DNA from: Clostridia bacterium | GTDB taxonomy: Bacteria > Bacillota > Clostridia > Oscillospirales > Acutalibacteraceae | Reading direction: 5' to 3' | Assembly: GCA_017630655.1 (NCBI GenBank) | Contig: JAGBUU010000049.1 | Coordinates: forward strand, 1 to 59,071 | Length of the DNA: 59,071 nucleotides | In this document: positions 57,170-59,071 of the stretch, one piece after another | How positions within the stretch are numbered: position 1 is the stretch's first letter | Layout of the letters: the number at the start of each line of letters is the position of its first letter | Program-made: the position numbers and the translations under genes | Notes under the pieces: model-generated | What the model saw: the letters and a program-made list of their open reading frames with translations, nothing else | The model's database searches: none | Told to the model about the DNA's origin: nothing

Positions 57170-57799
57170 TTAAAGTGTTCCGAAAAGTCGGTCGCCTGCA
57201 TCGCCAAGGCCCGGCATAATGTAGCCGCGTTCATTAAGCTTTTCATCCATTTGTGCACAATAAACATCAACATCAGGATGAGCCTTTGTTAAGGTTTCCA
57301 TGCCCTCCGGTGCGGCAATCATACACATAAACTTAATCTTTTTGCCGCCGTGCTTTTTAATGAAATCAACTGCGGCAACTGCCGAGCCGCCTGTAGCAAG
57401 CATTGGGTCTAAAAGTATAACCTGACGCTCATCTATTTTCTTAGGCAGTTTGCAGTAGTATTCTTTGGGCTCTAAGGTTTCTTCGTCACGGTAAAGACCA
57501 ATATGACCAACTGCTGCGTTAGGCACCATATTAAGAATTCCGCTTACCATTCCAAGACCTGCTCTAAGAATGGGCACAACTGCGATAGCTTCACCGTCAA
57601 GCTCCTTACAAATGGTTTTGGTGAGTGGGGTTTCAACCTCTACATCCTTTAAAGGTAGGTCACGAAGCGCATCAAAGCACATAAACATTGTAATTTCATC
57701 CACAAGCTCGCGGAATGTTTTGCGGTCGGTGTCTTTACTTCGAAGTATAGAAATCTTGTGCTGAATTAACGGATGGTCGAAAATAGTTACGTTTGCCAT
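57170..57799 (-). CDS. upp: Uracil phosphoribosyltransferase
   Basis: 209 aa. N-terminus HPLIQHK and PRPP loop [11 protein letters not shown]. Confidence 0.97.
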   Translation of the reverse strand: MANVTIFDHPLIQHKISILRSKDTDRKTFRELVDEITMFMCFDALRDLPLKDVEVETPLTKTICKELDGEAIAVVPILRAGLGMVSGILNMVPNAAVGHIGLYRDEETLEPKEYYCKLPKKIDERQVILLDPMLATGGSAVAAVDFIKKHGGKKIKFMCMIAAPEGMETLTKAHPDVDVYCAQMDEKLNERGYIMPGLGDAGDRLFGTL

Positions 57800-59071
57800 T
57801 ATTCTTCTCCCGATTTTTCTTCTCTTCCCTTATTAAGAAGTATATTAATTATTATTCCAAGGATAAGGGCACAAGCAATATTGGTAATGGTAACCTTGCC
57901 TATGCTCATTGCCATACCTCCGATACCGGGGATAAGAATAGCCGAAACGGTAAAGAGATTAGCATTGTTTTCAAGGTCTACCTTTTGAATCATCTTAAGA
58001 CCGGAAACTGCAATGAAACCGTAAAGGGTAATGCAAACGCCGCCCATTACGCAACCGGGAATGGAATCAAGGAATGCAACGAAGGGAGAAATGAATGAGA
58101 TTATAATTGCCATAAACGAAGTGGCTGTAATGGTTGCTATAGATGCGTTTCTGGTAATTGCTACACAGCCAACCGACTCACCATAAGTGGTGTTGGGGCA
58201 GCCACCAAAGAGGGCACCAACAAATGAGCCCACACCGTCGCCAAGAAGGGTTCTGTGAAGACCGGGGTCGGTTAAAAGGTCTTGTTCAATAATGGTGGAA
58301 AGGTTTTTATGATCGGCAATATGCTCGGCAAATACAACGAAGGCAACCGGAACATAAGCAACTGCGATTGTTGCAAGATAGGAAGCTTCGAATCCGCCAC
58401 TGCCCTTAAATGCATTTACAAAGGTAAACTTGGGAACAGCAACAAATGTGCTAAGGTTAACACCATCTGCAACAAGAGCCTTAAAGGGTGCGAAATCAAT
58501 AACAATAAGGGCTTCATTTCCTGTGTTTGTACCGATTAATGTGAATACAAGGCCTACTACATAGCCCGCAAGGATACCAATGATAAAGGGAATGAGCTTG
58601 GTCATTTTCTTACCATATGTAGAACAAAGAACTACCACAACAAGAGTAACCATAGCACAAATGAAGGATACCCAAGCCGATGCGCCCATTATATATGAAC
58701 CGTTGCCATCTACGGGTCCATAAGAAAATACGTCCTTAATTGCTGCACCTGCAAGGGATAAACCGATAAGTGCAACTGTGGGGCCGATAACTGCGGCGGG
58801 CATAAGCTTATTTATCCAGCCAACGCCTGCAAATTTAACTATAACAGCAATAATCACATAAACAAGCCCTGCAAAAGCGGCACCGAGGATTAAGCCTAAA
58901 TAACCAAGATAAACGTTAGATATTGCACCTGCAAAGGCTGCTACCATTGAGCCAATGAAGGCAAAGGATGAGCCTAAGAAAACAGGGCTTCTAAACTTTG
59001 TGAAGAGCTGATAAACAAGTGTGCCTACACCTGCACCGAAAAGGGCAGCAGATGTGCTCATAAAATCTTCA
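57799..59071 (-). CDS. uraA: Uracil/xanthine permease (NCS2 family), 5' end outside the window
   Basis: NCS2 pattern (FLGSSFAF...). The frame stays open upstream of the ORF-track Met to the window edge, and about 40 N-terminal residues expected for this family are missing. Confidence 0.9.
   Translation of the reverse strand, partial: EDFMSTSAALFGAGVGTLVYQLFTKFRSPVFLGSSFAFIGSMVAAFAGAISNVYLGYLGLILGAAFAGLVYVIIAVIVKFAGVGWINKLMPAAVIGPTVALIGLSLAGAAIKDVFSYGPVDGNGSYIMGASAWVSFICAMVTLVVVVLCSTYGKKMTKLIPFIIGILAGYVVGLVFTLIGTNTGNEALIVIDFAPFKALVADGVNLSTFVAVPKFTFVNAFKGSGGFEASYLATIAVAYVPVAFVVFAEHIADHKNLSTIIEQDLLTDPGLHRTLLGDGVGSFVGALFGGCPNTTYGESVGCVAITRNASIATITATSFMAIIISFISPFVAFLDSIPGCVMGGVCITLYGFIAVSGLKMIQKVDLENNANLFTVSAILIPGIGGMAMSIGKVTITNIACALILGIIINILLNKGREEKSGEE

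Overview
This 59 kb window is mostly core chromosome from a low-GC (about 42%) sporulating Firmicute, probably Clostridia with an Oscillospiraceae/Ruminococcaceae-like gene set. The taxon is inferred from gene content only. I call about 60 protein genes and one tRNA-Ser(GGA). On the minus strand there is a tight alaS-hit-prt-comEC-holA-toprim-WYL operon, followed by pfkA, dnaE, whiA, murB, glk and hprK. The rest includes ychF, alr, an LCP ligase, rsmI, degV, an LtaS-like synthase, spoIIP, rpsT, nnr and ung. There is also a rearranged origin-proximal set (mnmE-mnmG-rsmG-noc, with soj-spo0J-serS displaced), a DUF47-PiT phosphate module, ksgA-AraC-MATE, gdhA, a membrane-pair plus M20 peptidase operon, and upp with a 5'-truncated uracil permease. 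I saw no transposase, integrase, CRISPR array, cas gene or recognisable defence gene, so I do not claim a novel protein-coding system. The unexplained signals are non-coding. (1) Two related arrays of short hairpins have covarying stems but conserved ATATCAT/GTGATAT linkers (116-270 and 36814-36950). (2) A 24-nt sequence starts one base after the upp stop codon, and its reverse complement (23/24) lies at the predicted 5' end of the LCP-ligase mRNA. (3) A 34/37 inverted repeat brackets a 237-bp segment between the convergent gdhA and yfcE. (4) A 56-aa Cys-rich ORF, below the ORF-track cut-off, is divergent from an XRE repressor and shares a palindromic operator region with it. All calls come from reading the sequence and recalling protein family motifs. 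No database search was run.
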